A DNA stretch of 64,000 nucleotides from Octopus bimaculoides (Eukaryota), in assembly GCF_001194135.2 (NCBI RefSeq), contig NC_068984.1, positions 69,832,975 to 69,896,974 on the forward strand, read 5' to 3'. Shown here piece by piece: positions 26,084 through 39,431 of the stretch. The notes under the pieces were generated by a model. It made no database searches. It saw nothing but the letters and a program-made list of their open reading frames with translations, and was not told the origin of the DNA. Both the position numbers and the translations under genes were made by a program. Within the stretch, counting starts at the first letter, position 1. Every line of letters begins with the position of its first letter.

Positions 26084-29000
26084 CCAAGTCTTGACCTCAT
26101 TTAATGGCCAGGAAATGGCCAGCCAGAGAGCTGTTCAGGCTCCAGTTAGCTGTTTCGACATAGTTTCTACAGATGGATGCCCTTCCTAATGCCAACCACT
26201 TTACAGAGTGTGATGGGCACTTTCCATCTGCTACTAGCATGTGTATGCGTGTATTTGTGTTTGTCCTCCACCACTACTTGACAACTGCTGTCAGTTTGTT
26301 TACATCCCTGTAGTGAAGCAGTTCAGCAAAAGAAACGTAGAGGATAAGAACCAGATTTTGAAATAAAATAAATGCTGGAGATTTGTTTATGTAAATTCTT
26401 CAAGGCTGTGTCTTAGCATGGCCCATAGTCCAGTGACTGAAGCAAGTAAAAACCAGAAACTGAAACATAGATATCAATACAAATGAAATGGATAAAAAAT
26501 AGCTCTCAGATGTGTGAAGAGTGACAAAGAGGAGCAACTAGATTTAAGCAAACTTTATACTTTTGACTCAGTCTATTACTGTATTGTCATTAACATAAAA
26601 TGTAATTAATTCTTTTACTCAACCCTGAGTAGTTATTGCCTTGCTGGAACACTTCTACCATATTTCAATACATGAATACAATCATGTTTTTTTTTCTCTT
26701 ATTTAAAGATCTTCTCCTGAAGAAATAGTTGACATATCACTCTTAAATTAAATAATTATGTGTGTGTATTACATAATTATGTAAATAATGATGTTTTGTT
26801 TTACTCTATTGAAACAGCTGTTGAGTACAATAAAATGATGAATTAGAAGTGAAATTCAAGCTTTTTTGCTTTTTCATCCAAATATATTCTTTACTGTTAT
26901 TTTAGTCAATTCTGATTATCAATGCAAGTTATTTTCACAGGATTTATTGCATTGTAATAATGTATTGAAGTTGAACGATATTATCAATTTAGTTCTAAAA
27001 TACTGTGGATATATTTTATGATGTATATACCTCAATACACTATATAAAGATCATTATATATTAAAAATCTTGTGTGTCAGGATGCTAAAATTGGTTTTTA
27101 AAAAAGAAATTCAAAGAACATTGTCTCAAAACATGTAATAAGTATGTCTAGAGAAAGACAGAAGAGACATGATCATCAATAAAGTCCGTTGAAAGAAAAT
27201 TAAATTAAAGCAGTTCAAAGAATATAAATCTTGTATAAAACAAATTTAATTTTATTCCAGTAATAATTTGAACTACGTCAATTTTAGACTTAAAAGTAAT
27301 AAATTACTAAACAGATTTTTTTTTCACTCAGCCTGCTTGACCACAAAATGTTAATCTCTTGTGTTGCATTTATATGTGAAGTAGTTATTGTAACTTATTA
27401 AAAGAATGTTCATCTCAGTCTATGTCAATAATTATGTTATTAAGTAAACTGTTGTTCTTTCAGCCTAAGTCATCTTTAACTAAGAAGCTGACTGATAATT
27501 TAAGATTTTCCAGTTGTGAGTATTCTGTGGAAATCGTACCAGTGAATGTGTTAGGTAATGAGGCATTAAGATAACATGACTCTCCCCAGACACAGCATAA
27601 TTTGCTTCAGCACACGATTTTACATAAATAATCTTGTAAACCAGATACAAAAACGAAGTATTCTGTGTTTTTAAGGGTATATAGAATCACAACATTTAAT
27701 GTCTTATTCCCTCTTATACAATATTATATGATATGAGAGAAATGTGATTGTAACACATTTCTCTAGCAAGATCAGTGACCATGTAGATGTTCCTTCATCT
27801 CTTCATAGGGAGTTGAAACTATTGAGATCGCATTTTAAGCATAAGATTCTATGTTTCTTAATGATTTTTGCTGAATCAACTCCAAACACATGGAAACAAA
27901 ATAAACTTGATGATGCAAGAGAGGTTTAAACTCAGAACCTTATTAAATGAAATTGAAAATTTCCAATGCAACATTTACCCTCAACCTCTGCCCTCTCTCC
28001 TCCTTCTCTCTCTCTCTTTTCCTCTCTTTCTCCTATTAGTATTTCCTATTAATAAATCATACATGACAATAATAATGATAATGATGGCAATAGTTTGGAT
28101 TAGCCATGGTAATGAGTACTGCTGTGTAACAACTAAGCAGGGTTAAATTAGAGACTTACAAAAAGGCAATAAGAATGGATATAATAAATTTAAATAAGAG
28201 AAGAGTATTATAATTTTGCCTTGAGCTATGTTGTCTCTGTTTATCTACACGTACACATACACACATATATGCATGCACACACACATGCACTCATACACAT
28301 GCATGCATATGCACACACATGCACACACATGCATTTACATTCATTTATCTTTCAGTCATTCCATATTCTCCCAGAAAGAATAAAGTATTATGTTTTCCAA
28401 ATATTTACAGGATATGAAAAAATTAATCAACATTTTAAAAAAGAGTTGTATATAATGTTTTCTGTTAATGAGATAGCTATAACGAAAAAAATAAATGTTA
28501 GTCTGCAATTTCCAATAGAAAAAAAAAAGTAAAAAGATAATTTTATCAAGAATTTGCTAGAGTCAAATATGAATGTTATAATAAATTTTGTTGCATACCA
28601 TTGAGCATTGAATACCATATGAATTTCAAAATTTCTTATTTGTATAGTGTCTTAGCAGGCTAGTTATTTTATCCTTTAAACTATGAAGTGGAAGAGTGAC
28701 TGAAAGGGAAGAACTAGTATAAATGTCATACAATAATGTAATGTTATTTTTCAATGCTTTATGTTCAAACTCTGATTTGACTTGGGAGTCCACTTTACCT
28801 TTCATCCCTCCAGGATTCATAAAATACTAGCAATATGGCTGAAGGTTACTTCAATCAATTCACTTCAACAATGTATTTGTGCCTTCTGGCAGAGGTTAAC
28901 AAAAGTCAAGACACTGGACTGCATTTGAAGTGGTATTCAGCTACAAAGTTTTATGTCCTGATTTCAAATCCTGAAAGAGTCGCTTAAGCTTTTCATCCTC

Positions 29001-29664
29001 CCAAAGTTGATAAGAAAGCTACCAATCACATATTGGTGTCAATTAAGTCAACTACACACCTCCTGTATAAATTTGTTTCCTTATAATATTGCAAAAGAAA
29101 AAAAGTATCAGACAAAATGCCATATACCTAAACCAAAACTGATTTCATTTTGTCCTTTTTTATTTACTGGATGCAATATCATGAGAATACGTATGCAAAA
29201 TGTGCAATGGTCGATACACAAGTGTTAAACATTCAATATCTTTGTCTTGATAGACTGCATTTTTGATTAGAAGGGAAAGTCTATAACTAATCTCAGGTGT
29301 CTGGTGCAATCTTGAAAAATAGACATATCCATGCACTGTACTCTGATATAAGAAAATGAAAAAAGTAACTTCAAACAATTTGTGTACATATTTATCTTTA
29401 TGGGAATGAATTTGTGCATATATTTATGAGTATGTGTTTAAGCATGTATGCACACATATATCCACAAATGCAAAATGGAAATTTTTGACCTTCTTGACTT
29501 GCTAAACTTACTTTCTAGTTAGAGATAAAAGCGTTTTCATTTTATCTTTCCTAGGCACTTTGGTCACATCTTAGTGGCTTTCTGAGGTTATAAGACAGAA
29601 TATCAGGTCTGGAATTCCCTGATGACATCTATATACTGATAACCAGTTTCCGGTAGCAAAATCT

Positions 29665-30375
29665 GTTTATTTATATTTATTATTATCATTTTGGTTTGGC
29701 TCAGGTTCAGTCTTATTTCTAGTAGGAACTATGTGAATAACAGGTAACTACCTTTAACCGTAGATATCCACAAGTTTTCATCAGTCTCTCAAGTGCTTAG
29801 GATCCTCCTGATAATCATTGTTGTCTCCAAGAGACAAACTTTCTGTAGGAGCTTTACCAGGCATTCGATTTCAATCTCCTTCTCCTTCAGCCATTTGTCT
29901 ATATCTTGGCTTACTGTTTCCAGTGCAATACTTATTATAGGCACAACTATTATTATTATTTGATGAAAACCCTCAGTTCATTTTGCTGGTTATGATAAGA
30001 AGTGTCAGCTGTCCTCAGCCAACAGATTAAGGTGTCACTTGTTTTACTTGTCATGCTTCAAGAATCCTGTGAAGACTTCTTGCAATTCCAAGCAATGCTG
30101 ATTTTTATAGATGTTCTGTCCTTACATTGGTACCAATCTTTTTGAGCCATGTTAGTAGTTGAGTACTGATACTTCCAAGTGTGCTAATTACTAATGATAA
30201 CACATCTACTCTCTTCGTTGGTCACAACCTTTATATTTCCGACTTCAAATCATCACAATTATTCAGTTTTTCTTATTTTATTTCTTTGATCCTGTTGTCC
30301 CCGAGACATGCTATGTTGATTATCAAGCATGTTTTTTCTTTTATATTCACAACAAAAATGTCCAGTTTCTGATAA
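29665..30375 (-). mobile_element. Two head-to-tail 3' fragments of R4/Dong-clade LINEs (restriction-like endonuclease C-terminus), each with (TAA)n tail
   Basis: Minus peptides DIFVVNIKEKTCLIINIAC...DDLKSEI*RL...LGS...KSALLGIAR and VPIISIALETVS...LLQKVCLLETT; tails at 29948-61 and ~29667-90. Confidence 0.75.
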
Positions 30376-30377
30376 GG

Positions 30378-30690
30378 GTACACCAGGCACATGCATCACA
30401 ACCATATGTACGCGACATGGTGATCTCATATCAAGATAAACAGCACATGACCTCGCAGGTGGGGCCCAGTTAAAATTTTCTTAAGGTCGAGTAGCCCATC
30501 CCACACAAAAGGTCCCTGAATAAGGTTTGTTTAAGGATGTTGAGCAAAACACCAATGTTTCCAAAGGTGAATTATTCAAACCCCAAAGAATTCCTCTCAA
30601 CACATGGCTATGATGCTCCCCCACTTCTTCTGCTCATGATCATTGATGCACATATCGTCAGCCACTAAGGGACATGCTCAACTGGTGAAG
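30378..30690. mobile_element. Octopus interspersed repeat (SINE-like)
   Basis: Recognised as a common octopus repeat; bounded by an (ATT)n tract. No second copy in the window. Confidence 0.45.
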
Positions 30691-30724
30691 GTCAAATTAT
30701 TATTATTATTATCATTATTATTAT

Positions 30725-30950
30725 TATGGCAGTGAGCTGGCAGAATCATTAGTACACTGGGCAAAATGCTTAGTGGCATTTCATCAGTCTTTACATCCTC
30801 AGTTCAAATTCCACCCAGGTTGACTTGGCCTTTCCTTCTTTCAGGGTTGATAAAATAAGTACTAGTTTAGCACTGGGGTCAATTTCATTGACTTACACCA
30901 TTCCTGAAATTGCTGGCCTTTTGCTAAACTTTGAAACCATTGTTATTATT
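30725..30950 (+). mobile_element. tRNA-derived SINE with (ATT)n tail
   Basis: Homologous to 61802-62020. Confidence 0.75.
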
Positions 30951-31050
30951 ATTTTTATCATTATCATCGTCGTCGTCGTCGTCGTCGTCGTCGTCATCGT
31001 CATCCTCATTATCATCATCATCATCATCATCGTCATCATTATTATTATTA

Positions 31051-31428
31051 TTACCTTCACCTTAGCAAAGGCGGAGGTATTGTTTTCAGTCATGTTTGTG
31101 TGCTTGTTTGTTTGTGTGTGGATAATATTATCTTAAGAACCGCTGAATGGATTCAGATGAAACTTTCAGGGATGTTTGGCCTTATGACTGGCACAAACTG
31201 ATTAGATTTTGGCATCAATCTCGTACCAGACAAGGTTTCTGGATTATTTTTCGGTTTTTTTTTTTACTTAATTTTTTAGAGCAGTTGGGTTCATTTTTAG
31301 TATTCTCGTTTGTGATAGCAGTCGAGTTTATTTCAGATACTCTCATTCTGAAAATCATCCCTGACCATTCGTTGAGAGGACATTGGTATTGCCTTAGCAG
31401 AGGTTCATGCTCTCTGAGTGCTCTTGTT
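31051..31428 (+). mobile_element. Helentron-associated non-autonomous element (HINE/DINE-1-like)
   Basis: 5' TTACCTTCACCTT-AGC-AAGGCGGAGGT hairpin/subTIR, (GTTT)-rich segment, 3' GCAGAGGTTCATGCTCTCTGAGTGCTCTTGTT; inserted in TT context. Confidence 0.7.
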
Positions 31429-31431
31429 ATG

Positions 31432-31737
31432 ATTATTATTATTATTATTATTCATATACACTCAACAGATTAGACTGTTGGAAAAGAAAAGAAGTCTAAC
31501 ATCGAGCTACAACAAGTAACATTAGATGCTGAGAACTCTCCTAAGTGTCCTAGCTGTCCCTAGTAACACTGTTTTCTGCAGCTGCACTAAACTGGGTTGT
31601 ATGCCTATTTCCTCTATCCATCTGTTCTAATCTTTAGGGATAGTTCCCAATGCACCTATGACTACTGGGATACATCTTACCTGTACTTTCCATAGTCTCT
31701 GCAATTCAATAGCTAGGTCCTGGTACTTTGCTATTCT
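31432..31737 (-). mobile_element. R4/Dong-clade LINE 3' fragment
   Basis: IAKYQDLAIELQRLWKVQVRCIPVVIGALGTIPKD...QKTVLLGTARTLRRVLS, followed by a (TAA)n tail. Confidence 0.85.
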
Positions 31738-31789
31738 TCTTCTTCTTCTTCTTCTTCTTCTTCTTCTTCTTCTTCTTCTTCTTCTTCTT

Positions 31790-31881
<92 letters not shown>

Positions 31882-31905
31882 CACTATTATTATTATCATT
31901 ATTAT
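31736..31905. repeat. Compound (CTT)n(ATT)n microsatellite
   Basis: Direct reading; source of the poly-R/I/L/K/N ORFs in the track. Confidence 0.95.
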
Positions 31906-32184
31906 TAAGGCAATGATTTGACAGAATCCTTAGTACACTGGACAAAATTCTTAGAGGCATTTCATCTGTTTTTATATTTTCAGATGAAATTTGCTCTGAG
32001 GTAGAAAAGATAAGTACCAGTTGAGCACTGAAATCAATGTAATTGACTTACCTCACCCCACAAAATTGCTGGCCTTGTGCCAAAATTTGAAGCCAATATT
32101 TTACTGTGATGTATTTTCGATGTCTGACAATGAGATATGCAACTGGCAAAATTCAATATTGTATTTAATATAATATTGCATATT

Positions 32185-32335
32185 TTTGGTATGATTGTGT
32201 GGTAAATAGGCAACTGCCTAATTGTGTAGTTTTGAGTTGAATCCTAATGCATGGCCTGGAGTTTAACCTAAGCCTTGTGAGTACATTTGGTTGATGGAAA
32301 ATGAAAGAAATTTGTTGTAAATATGTGTGTCTGTA

Positions 32336-32369
<34 letters not shown>

Positions 32370-32620
32370 TGTGTGTGTGTGTGTGTGTGCGCGCGGGCCT
32401 GTGCATGTGTGTATGTGTGTGTTTGTGTTTGTTCCCCACTACTGCTAGACAATGATGTTGGTTTGTTTACATCACTGTGACTTAGTGATTTGGCAACAAA
32501 AGGTCAAGGAAATAATACCAGGTTTATAAATAAATACTAGGGTTGATTTTTTTTTAATCTAAACTCTTCAAGGTGGTGCCCTGGCTGCAGTGTAATGACT
32601 GAAACAATTGAAAGATGGAA
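32185..32620 (+). mobile_element. Composite tRNA-derived SINE with internal (GA)n(GT)n microsatellite
   Basis: Head 32185-32325, microsatellite, tail 32405-32620. Confidence 0.65.
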
Positions 32621-33704
32621 AATTATGTGTAATAGCGAAAAATACTTGACAATATATATCAAATATTATCATAACTGCAAAGATCCTTAGTCAGCACTTA
32701 ACTGTTTCTTTTACCAATTGGTACTGACAAATTGTCAATATATGTCTAAATAGATTGATTGCATCAAAGTGACTTCATTTGGTATAGCTTTTTCAAAATA
32801 GACAGGCTAATTGTGTTTTACTCAATGGAACTTAAATATAATTGAAAGGTGTGTTACAGAATTCAGATGAACTTTGACAGTGTAAAATGATCATTCAAGT
32901 CTTTCTAATAAAAGATCATTATGAAAAATCAAATGATATATTGCTGTGAATAGTGAGAAGAAACTGAAGCATTTGCTTAGTTTTCTGTATATACAGTGTA
33001 TGTCTCTTAAATATTCTCTTGGTGAGCCAAAAATATCCCCTAGAACGGACCAAGCTCAGTTTTGCGATTTGCCTCTGAGTGTTGAACATTTAAGCTATTT
33101 TACTTGCAATGATAAAGTCAAGATTAGATATATGTGTTCTACAAACTATCAGCAGTAAAACCTTTTGGCAGAGTTAAGAGCACACCTTAATCTATCTCAT
33201 CTTTGGATAGTTGTCAAGTTAAGAGTGTGTTGTTTGTGTCATGAGCAACATATAAGAAAAAAATCACTATGTGTTGTCGTTGTTTAATACAAAGTCAACT
33301 TTGACCAAATAGACCCTGACCAAAAGCAATCCATCCATGTATGACAATGTCACTCATTTAGAGGTGTTTAGGACTATATTATCTAATGCATCATTTTCTT
33401 CTTTTAAATGGTATAGTGTGGGATTTGTTTTTAGCTGGTTGAGTGTCAATATAGAAGCAAACTCATTGACTTGTGGGTAAGAAAACATTTTTTAAATGTT
33501 GCTTCATATCCAAATGACTGGCACGTGTCTTCAAGGAAACCCCAAGCTAACAAAGAAACTCCTAGGTGGTTATTTCACCAGTTAGAAATATCAACCAAAT
33601 TTACTTCATATCAAAATTATCAAAAAAAGATATTATAGTGCATATTATATTAGGTATGCTGCACCAGGGCAAAGCAACATTACCAATATCAACTGTGTGT
33701 ATAG

Positions 33705-34350
33705 CATCATCATCATCATCATCATCATCATCGTCGTCGTCGTCGTTTTACATCCGTTTTCCAAGCTGGCATGGGTTGGACGGTTCGACTGGGGTCTGGG
33801 AAGTCAGGAGGCTGTACCAGGCCCCAATCTTATCTGGCAGTGTTTCTACAGCTGGATGCCCTTCCTAATGCCAACCACTCCGAGAGTGTAGTTGGTGCTT
33901 TTTATATGCCACTGGCACAAGGGGCCAGAGGAGCTAGCATCGACTATGAACAGATGGTGCTTTTTACTTGCCACCAGCATGAAAGCCAGTCAAGGCTGCC
34001 TGCACTGGCATCGGCCACGTTCAGATGGTAGTTTTTACATACTCACAACTACAATTTCCGTTTGATTTGATTTTGATATTGCTGATGTTGATTTACTTGA
34101 CTCAATAGGTCTCCTTAAGCACTGCATATCACCCTATGTTCCAAGGTACTTTTAACTAGGCTGGTTTTGCAACACTGGTGTAGGTTACAGCTGTGTACTC
34201 ACTTTATTTGCCAGGTCTTCTCAGTCACAGCATACCTCCAGACGTTTCAGTCTTTTGTCAATGCCTCTGTGAGGCCCAACGTTCAGAGGTCATGCTTCAC
34301 CACCTCATCCCATGTCTTCCTAGGTTTCCCTCTACCCCAGATTCCATATA
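33705..34350 (-). mobile_element. RTE-clade LINE 3' fragment with (GAT)n tail
   Basis: Minus peptide GRGKPRKTWDEVVKHDL*TLGLTEALTKD*NVWRYAVTEKTWQIK*. Confidence 0.8.
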
Positions 34351-35918
34351 TATATATATATATAGTGGTTCCCTTGATAGTGTCTATGTCAGATGTATAT
34401 ATTGAGCATTCATAAGAAACACTTATTCAACTGTTAGATGACCTGAATTTTATTCCCTCTTCAAATGTGTTTCAGACTAAAGGACCTCATTCAAAAATGA
34501 CACTTATGACGAAAAATTAATTTAGAAGCATTTAAATGGGGGATGAAATTAATAAAAATGTCAAAATAAAATATATGTATATGTACACATTATTGTTATT
34601 GGTGCATACACATTTGAAGTTATTCTAATTTGTTCAGCTATTAAGCATGCAAAAGCAAATACAATTATCAAGGAATAGAAAATTGTCATTAAGTATGACC
34701 TACTGTACATATCTTCTTCATTGTAACTTATGATTATATTATCAGTTGTCAAATTACTATTTAGCCCTCATCATAATTAAAACAAAATACATGCAAACAA
34801 ATTCTGTTGAAATTTCTTTTTAATCTTCAGCTTTAATGGCAGATGATAAAGCAATATGTCAAATTGAGCATAATAAAACAGCATATATATTATTGAAAGA
34901 TATCATTGATTCTAGCAACAAACATTGTGTAGATACTCAACTTGATAGGTTCACATTCTTTAATTAATATGAAATAAATAGAAGATCAAAAATGATGACA
35001 ATAGAAAACATACAAACAACTAAAAGGAAATAATTGTTGCTGTATTGAAACTGCAATAGAAATATTTAAAAACAATTTGAACATTGTTTTTCAATATTTG
35101 AATGTGTAACTATGTACAGAATTAGCAAAGTTCTAGAAGAGCAATGATAAAGTCAAGTACTGTGAGGAATGAAAATTCTAGCATTATGACCCTTGTCTTT
35201 CATCAAAGAATGAAGAAGATTCCAAATTTTATCTAAACAGTTTTGACTCTTCTAATGACAGAGCTGTGTTGGATGTAAAGAGACATGAATTTTGTATGTA
35301 GCACAAATAAAAAAAATTATGCATCAAAGTAATGCCCCAACAAATTACTTCTGTTAATGAAACTTTCTTATCCTAATCTTCCCTCTTATCTTCTATGCAT
35401 TTTTCAAATCACTATAAACTCAGTGTTACTATAAGTATTTTTAAATGTTTCTTTCTGATGCAAAGCTTTGTTCAGAATGTTGGTACTTTGTCTTCCACAG
35501 CATATAAACTTACGCAAATTTGAGAACTTCACAAAATGAATTTTACCAATGCAGGCTACTGCAAGCTCCCTCAAATTCTGGTTTGTATTTGATATAAAGT
35601 TATCTGTGATATGTGTTGCGCAGATTGCTTGAAACATCCAGTTACTGAAATAATTGAGAAATGGAGTTGGCACTGAACTGAATTAACATTTTAATCAAAA
35701 TCTTAGTTGGATAAAAGTTTAGAAAGAAGCCAGTAGTTATCATACTTGGACTTAATATCTTATTAGAAACCTATATTTGATGGGCATTTAATATATGTTA
35801 GCCCAGAGCTTGAGAGTAATCTTGTATCTGTTGAACAGCTATCACTATAACATACTTTTGCATTACTGCTGGAACAATTGTACATATAAATATCTATATC
35901 TCTCTATCTATCTATCTC

Positions 35919-35949
<31 letters not shown>

Positions 35950-35954
35950 GTCTG

Positions 35955-35985
<31 letters not shown>

Positions 35986-36040
35986 GTCTCTCTCTCTCTC
36001 CATGCATACACACACACACACACACACACACATATGTATG

Positions 36041-36088
<48 letters not shown>

Positions 36089-36637
36089 TATTCACACACA
36101 TATAGATACATAGTATCTGTACGCAAATATGTTAAATTCTATTTGTCACTGGTGTGTTTTCACAGAATTACAGGACTGGAATCATTAACAAATGTGTGAA
36201 CTATAAAGTTAAAGGATCCGATCAGTAATGTAACTAACAAACACAAGATAATAGAATAAACTTCTATTCCCAACTATCTGAATGTATTTACAACTTTATT
36301 CTGGTCTACATATGCTCAAGGGTAAAACAAGATATAATGCTAACTGTTGTTATAAGGAAAATGAAATCAGTCTCATGTGGCTACAAAGTCAGAAATATCT
36401 ATTCACTTCAATATTTAGTGATGGATTATTCCAAACAACCAATATTTCTGAATGAAGTGAAGCTTTAAGTGTTATTTTCTATTCTCTCAATAATATCATT
36501 TAATAACACTATGAATTGCAATTAAGCTCTTCCACACCTTTCTCTGTCTTTATCACTTTACCCATTATACATTATTACTCTCTATAGTTATTGGTATTAG
36601 AAAAGACATCTGGCTATAGTATTTCTGTGTAAATGTA

Positions 36638-38318
36638 TGAGGGTTGACTGAAAAGTTCATAAGATATTCTAATGGAATGTGACCAGATGATATTTATTTT
36701 TCAACATAGATCCCAATCGTGGCTCACATGCTTCTTCAATCGGTTTTGCACTGCTTCGATCCCCTTGGGGAAGAAATTGTCATCTTCCTGATCAAAAAAG
36801 TTGTGAACAGTAGATATGACATCCTCATCACTACAATACTGGTTCCCAGCCAAGTGTTTATTCATGTTGGGAAATAGATGATAGACAAATGGAGCCAAAT
36901 CAGGAGAATAGGGAGGCTGATCAACTAGATCAAAGCAACAGTCATGCACAGCAGCCATTGAAAGTAAGGACTAAGCCCTTTTGTAAGTTTTCCTGGGTAA
37001 TTGGTCTTCATAGTGTTTCATAACTGCCTCAGCAGGTTGACATAGTACTCTCCATTGATGGCATGGCCCTTTTGAAGATAGTCAATAAACACAATGCCTT
37101 TTGCATCCCCCAAAAACTGAGGCCATCAACCCAATTTGATCTTACTCTGGACCAGTAAAATCATGGCATAAGAACCTATAAATAGCAAGTTCAAAATTTC
37201 TCCTTTGTTTTAGTGTAGAATAGTACATTCTGAAAATGTTCAGGTTTAAAGAACAATTTTTTTTTTTTTTTTGCAAAACATTGACCAAGTAAAGTGGGAG
37301 CTGTTAAAGAAAACTTAGACATCACGCTGCCTTGTAAATGTATACAATTCATAATTAAAAAAAAAAATCACTTTGAAAAACATTTAAAAACACGTTTATT
37401 ATTGTTTATCATTTATTTTCAGTATCTTCCTGAAACTTGTCATCTTTTCTCCTTCACAAGTGCATCAATATCAGGCATCAAATCCTGAGTAGCAGCCAAT
37501 TTCAGGATGTCATTTAGGTACTTATGTGTAAGCCTTGAGCTGAGCACAGCTTCATTTATTGATGCTCATGAAACTCATTGATGCTGATGAAACTACCTTG
37601 ACCTTCTTTGGATCAGGGGAGGAGAGTTGTTTCCACTGCATAGATTATAACTTTGCTTCTGGCTCAAAGTGATGAACCCAACACTCACGCTCGGTAAGGA
37701 AACATTAAAAAAAACCAGCTGGAACTGCCAGAAACAATGTCAGATTTTCCTGTGATGTAATCAACTTGGTGCACTTTTGATTAAGTGTTAGAATATATGA
37801 CACCTATCAAGCAGAATCCTTTGTCATGCCAAGTTCAAGTACATTGTACAGAATATTCTCTACTCTCTTACACAATATGCTAATAGCATTGGCTATTTGA
37901 GTGATAGTCATTCACATGTCATCCATGTTTTCCTCACTGGTTGCAGTTGCAGGACATCTAGGCCTTGGGTTATCATCAACAATTCTCCTTTCCCCTCCTA
38001 AATTCACCTGCCCCCTTTTGCACGGTTGATAAACCTGGAATGTCATCCTCTAATGTAGCAACCATGTCAGTATGAATGTCATTGGTGGGGCTAAACCCTT
38101 TTTCTACTTGTTGATGAGAGCATCATGATGCCATATCTTGTCTATTTTCAAGAGATGTCGCTACTAGTTAGATTTGAAGTCTTCTTTGAACAGTTAGATG
38201 TCAGTTTACGATACAGTTATAAATAAGTAAGATTGAAATGAATACATGCAAAATTTCACAGCTCTAGCATTGCTCCTGCATAGTCATCCACTGAACTTTT
38301 CAATTCAATCTGCCCTTG
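36638..38318 (-). mobile_element. Mariner (DD34D-type) transposon, defective, containing a captured hAT fragment
   Basis: TA-flanked TIRs (TGAGGGTTGACTGAAAAGTTC / GAACTTTTCAAT..GCCCTTG); transposase motifs DIHTDMVATL, WVHHFEPE, KVKVVSS|LMASVF.DAKG, PPYSPDLAP. Confidence 0.88.
37128..37569 (-). mobile_element. Internal fragment of the Spin/Charlie-type hAT, lacking TIR and TSD
   Basis: Colinear with 43738-44376 minus the 186-bp insert there. Confidence 0.85.
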
Positions 38319-38329
38319 TATATTTGTTA

Positions 38330-38640
38330 TGTTGTTGTTTGTTCCTTCTCGAGCCATGCCTGGTTCATAGGGGCCAGTTTCCCGGTTTCATTGATGTATT
38401 GGTTCCCCACCTGGACAGGACACCAGTCCATCGCAGGCGAGCTGCTAGATGCAAGAGAAAAGAGTGAGAGAAAACTGTGGTGAATGAGTCAGCAAAAGTT
38501 CACCATTACCTTCTGCTGGAGCCCTGTGAAGCTTAGGTGTTTCACTCATAAATACACACACCACCCAGTCTGCAATTCAAACCCATGATCCCTCAACCCT
38601 TAGTCCACTGCTCTAACCACTAGGCCATATGCCTCCACTG
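38330..38640 (-). mobile_element. tRNA-derived SINE
   Basis: Homologous to 48990-49378(-) and 62480-62800(+). Confidence 0.65.
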
Positions 38641-39431
38641 TTATATTTGTTATAGTCACATTAAAATACAACCATTACTCGTATTAATATTACATATAAA
38701 ATTAGGATCATGCCAAATATGGGTGGCTTGTGAAATTCGATTTTAGCATGGTAAAATATGATGTTAATAATGGATATTTTTTGCATGAAATGAAGCAAAT
38801 TTTCTCAGCTCAGTTCTGAAAGGGTTATTTCACAGTTGTGATGATTTAATAGCTTGAAGTCTCATTAATATGCACTCAATTTTATAAATTATTGATTAAT
38901 TTTCAGATTATTGACCCAGACTTGTGGTGGATGTTAACGTCTAATAACTGCAGCCATTTCTTTTCTAAATCTATTGGTCCAATGCAGACGCTTTGATCTC
39001 ATCTGGAAACACAGGAAAACACTGACTGAAACCAATATCAATGCTTGTGAAGAAGATACAATCAAATACCTCTAGTTGTTCATATTGATAAGTGGGATTC
39101 AACTGTAAACTTTTTCGACTGAATGACCTAAAACTGCATTGATACAAGTATGAGTCCTAAATAGCTGATGAAATTTTCTTAGTCTCGTTGCTCTTTATGT
39201 CCTGAACCATAAGCATTGCTAAATACCTTTCTATTTTCCATGATGCAATGCCCTTAAGGATAAACCCAACAACTGTCAGTTTCTAAGCAGCCAGCCAGGT
39301 TGCCAGATTCAAGTGAAATATACCACCACACTTTTGATTATATATCAACTCAAGCACTTCACCCTACTTATTTTCACAACCACCAAAGAATGGGAAATAA
39401 ATTTAATCATAGCAATATTAGAACTTAGAAT

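Noticed and set aside
31627-31960. Poly-R/I/L/F/K/N ORFs
   Set aside because: Translations of (CTT)n(ATT)n; only the R4 endonuclease fragment is meaningful.
39050-39300. Penelope GIY-YIG C-terminal relic (KKISSAI.D, LGHSV)
   Set aside because: Only two short motifs in different frames; not enough to annotate.
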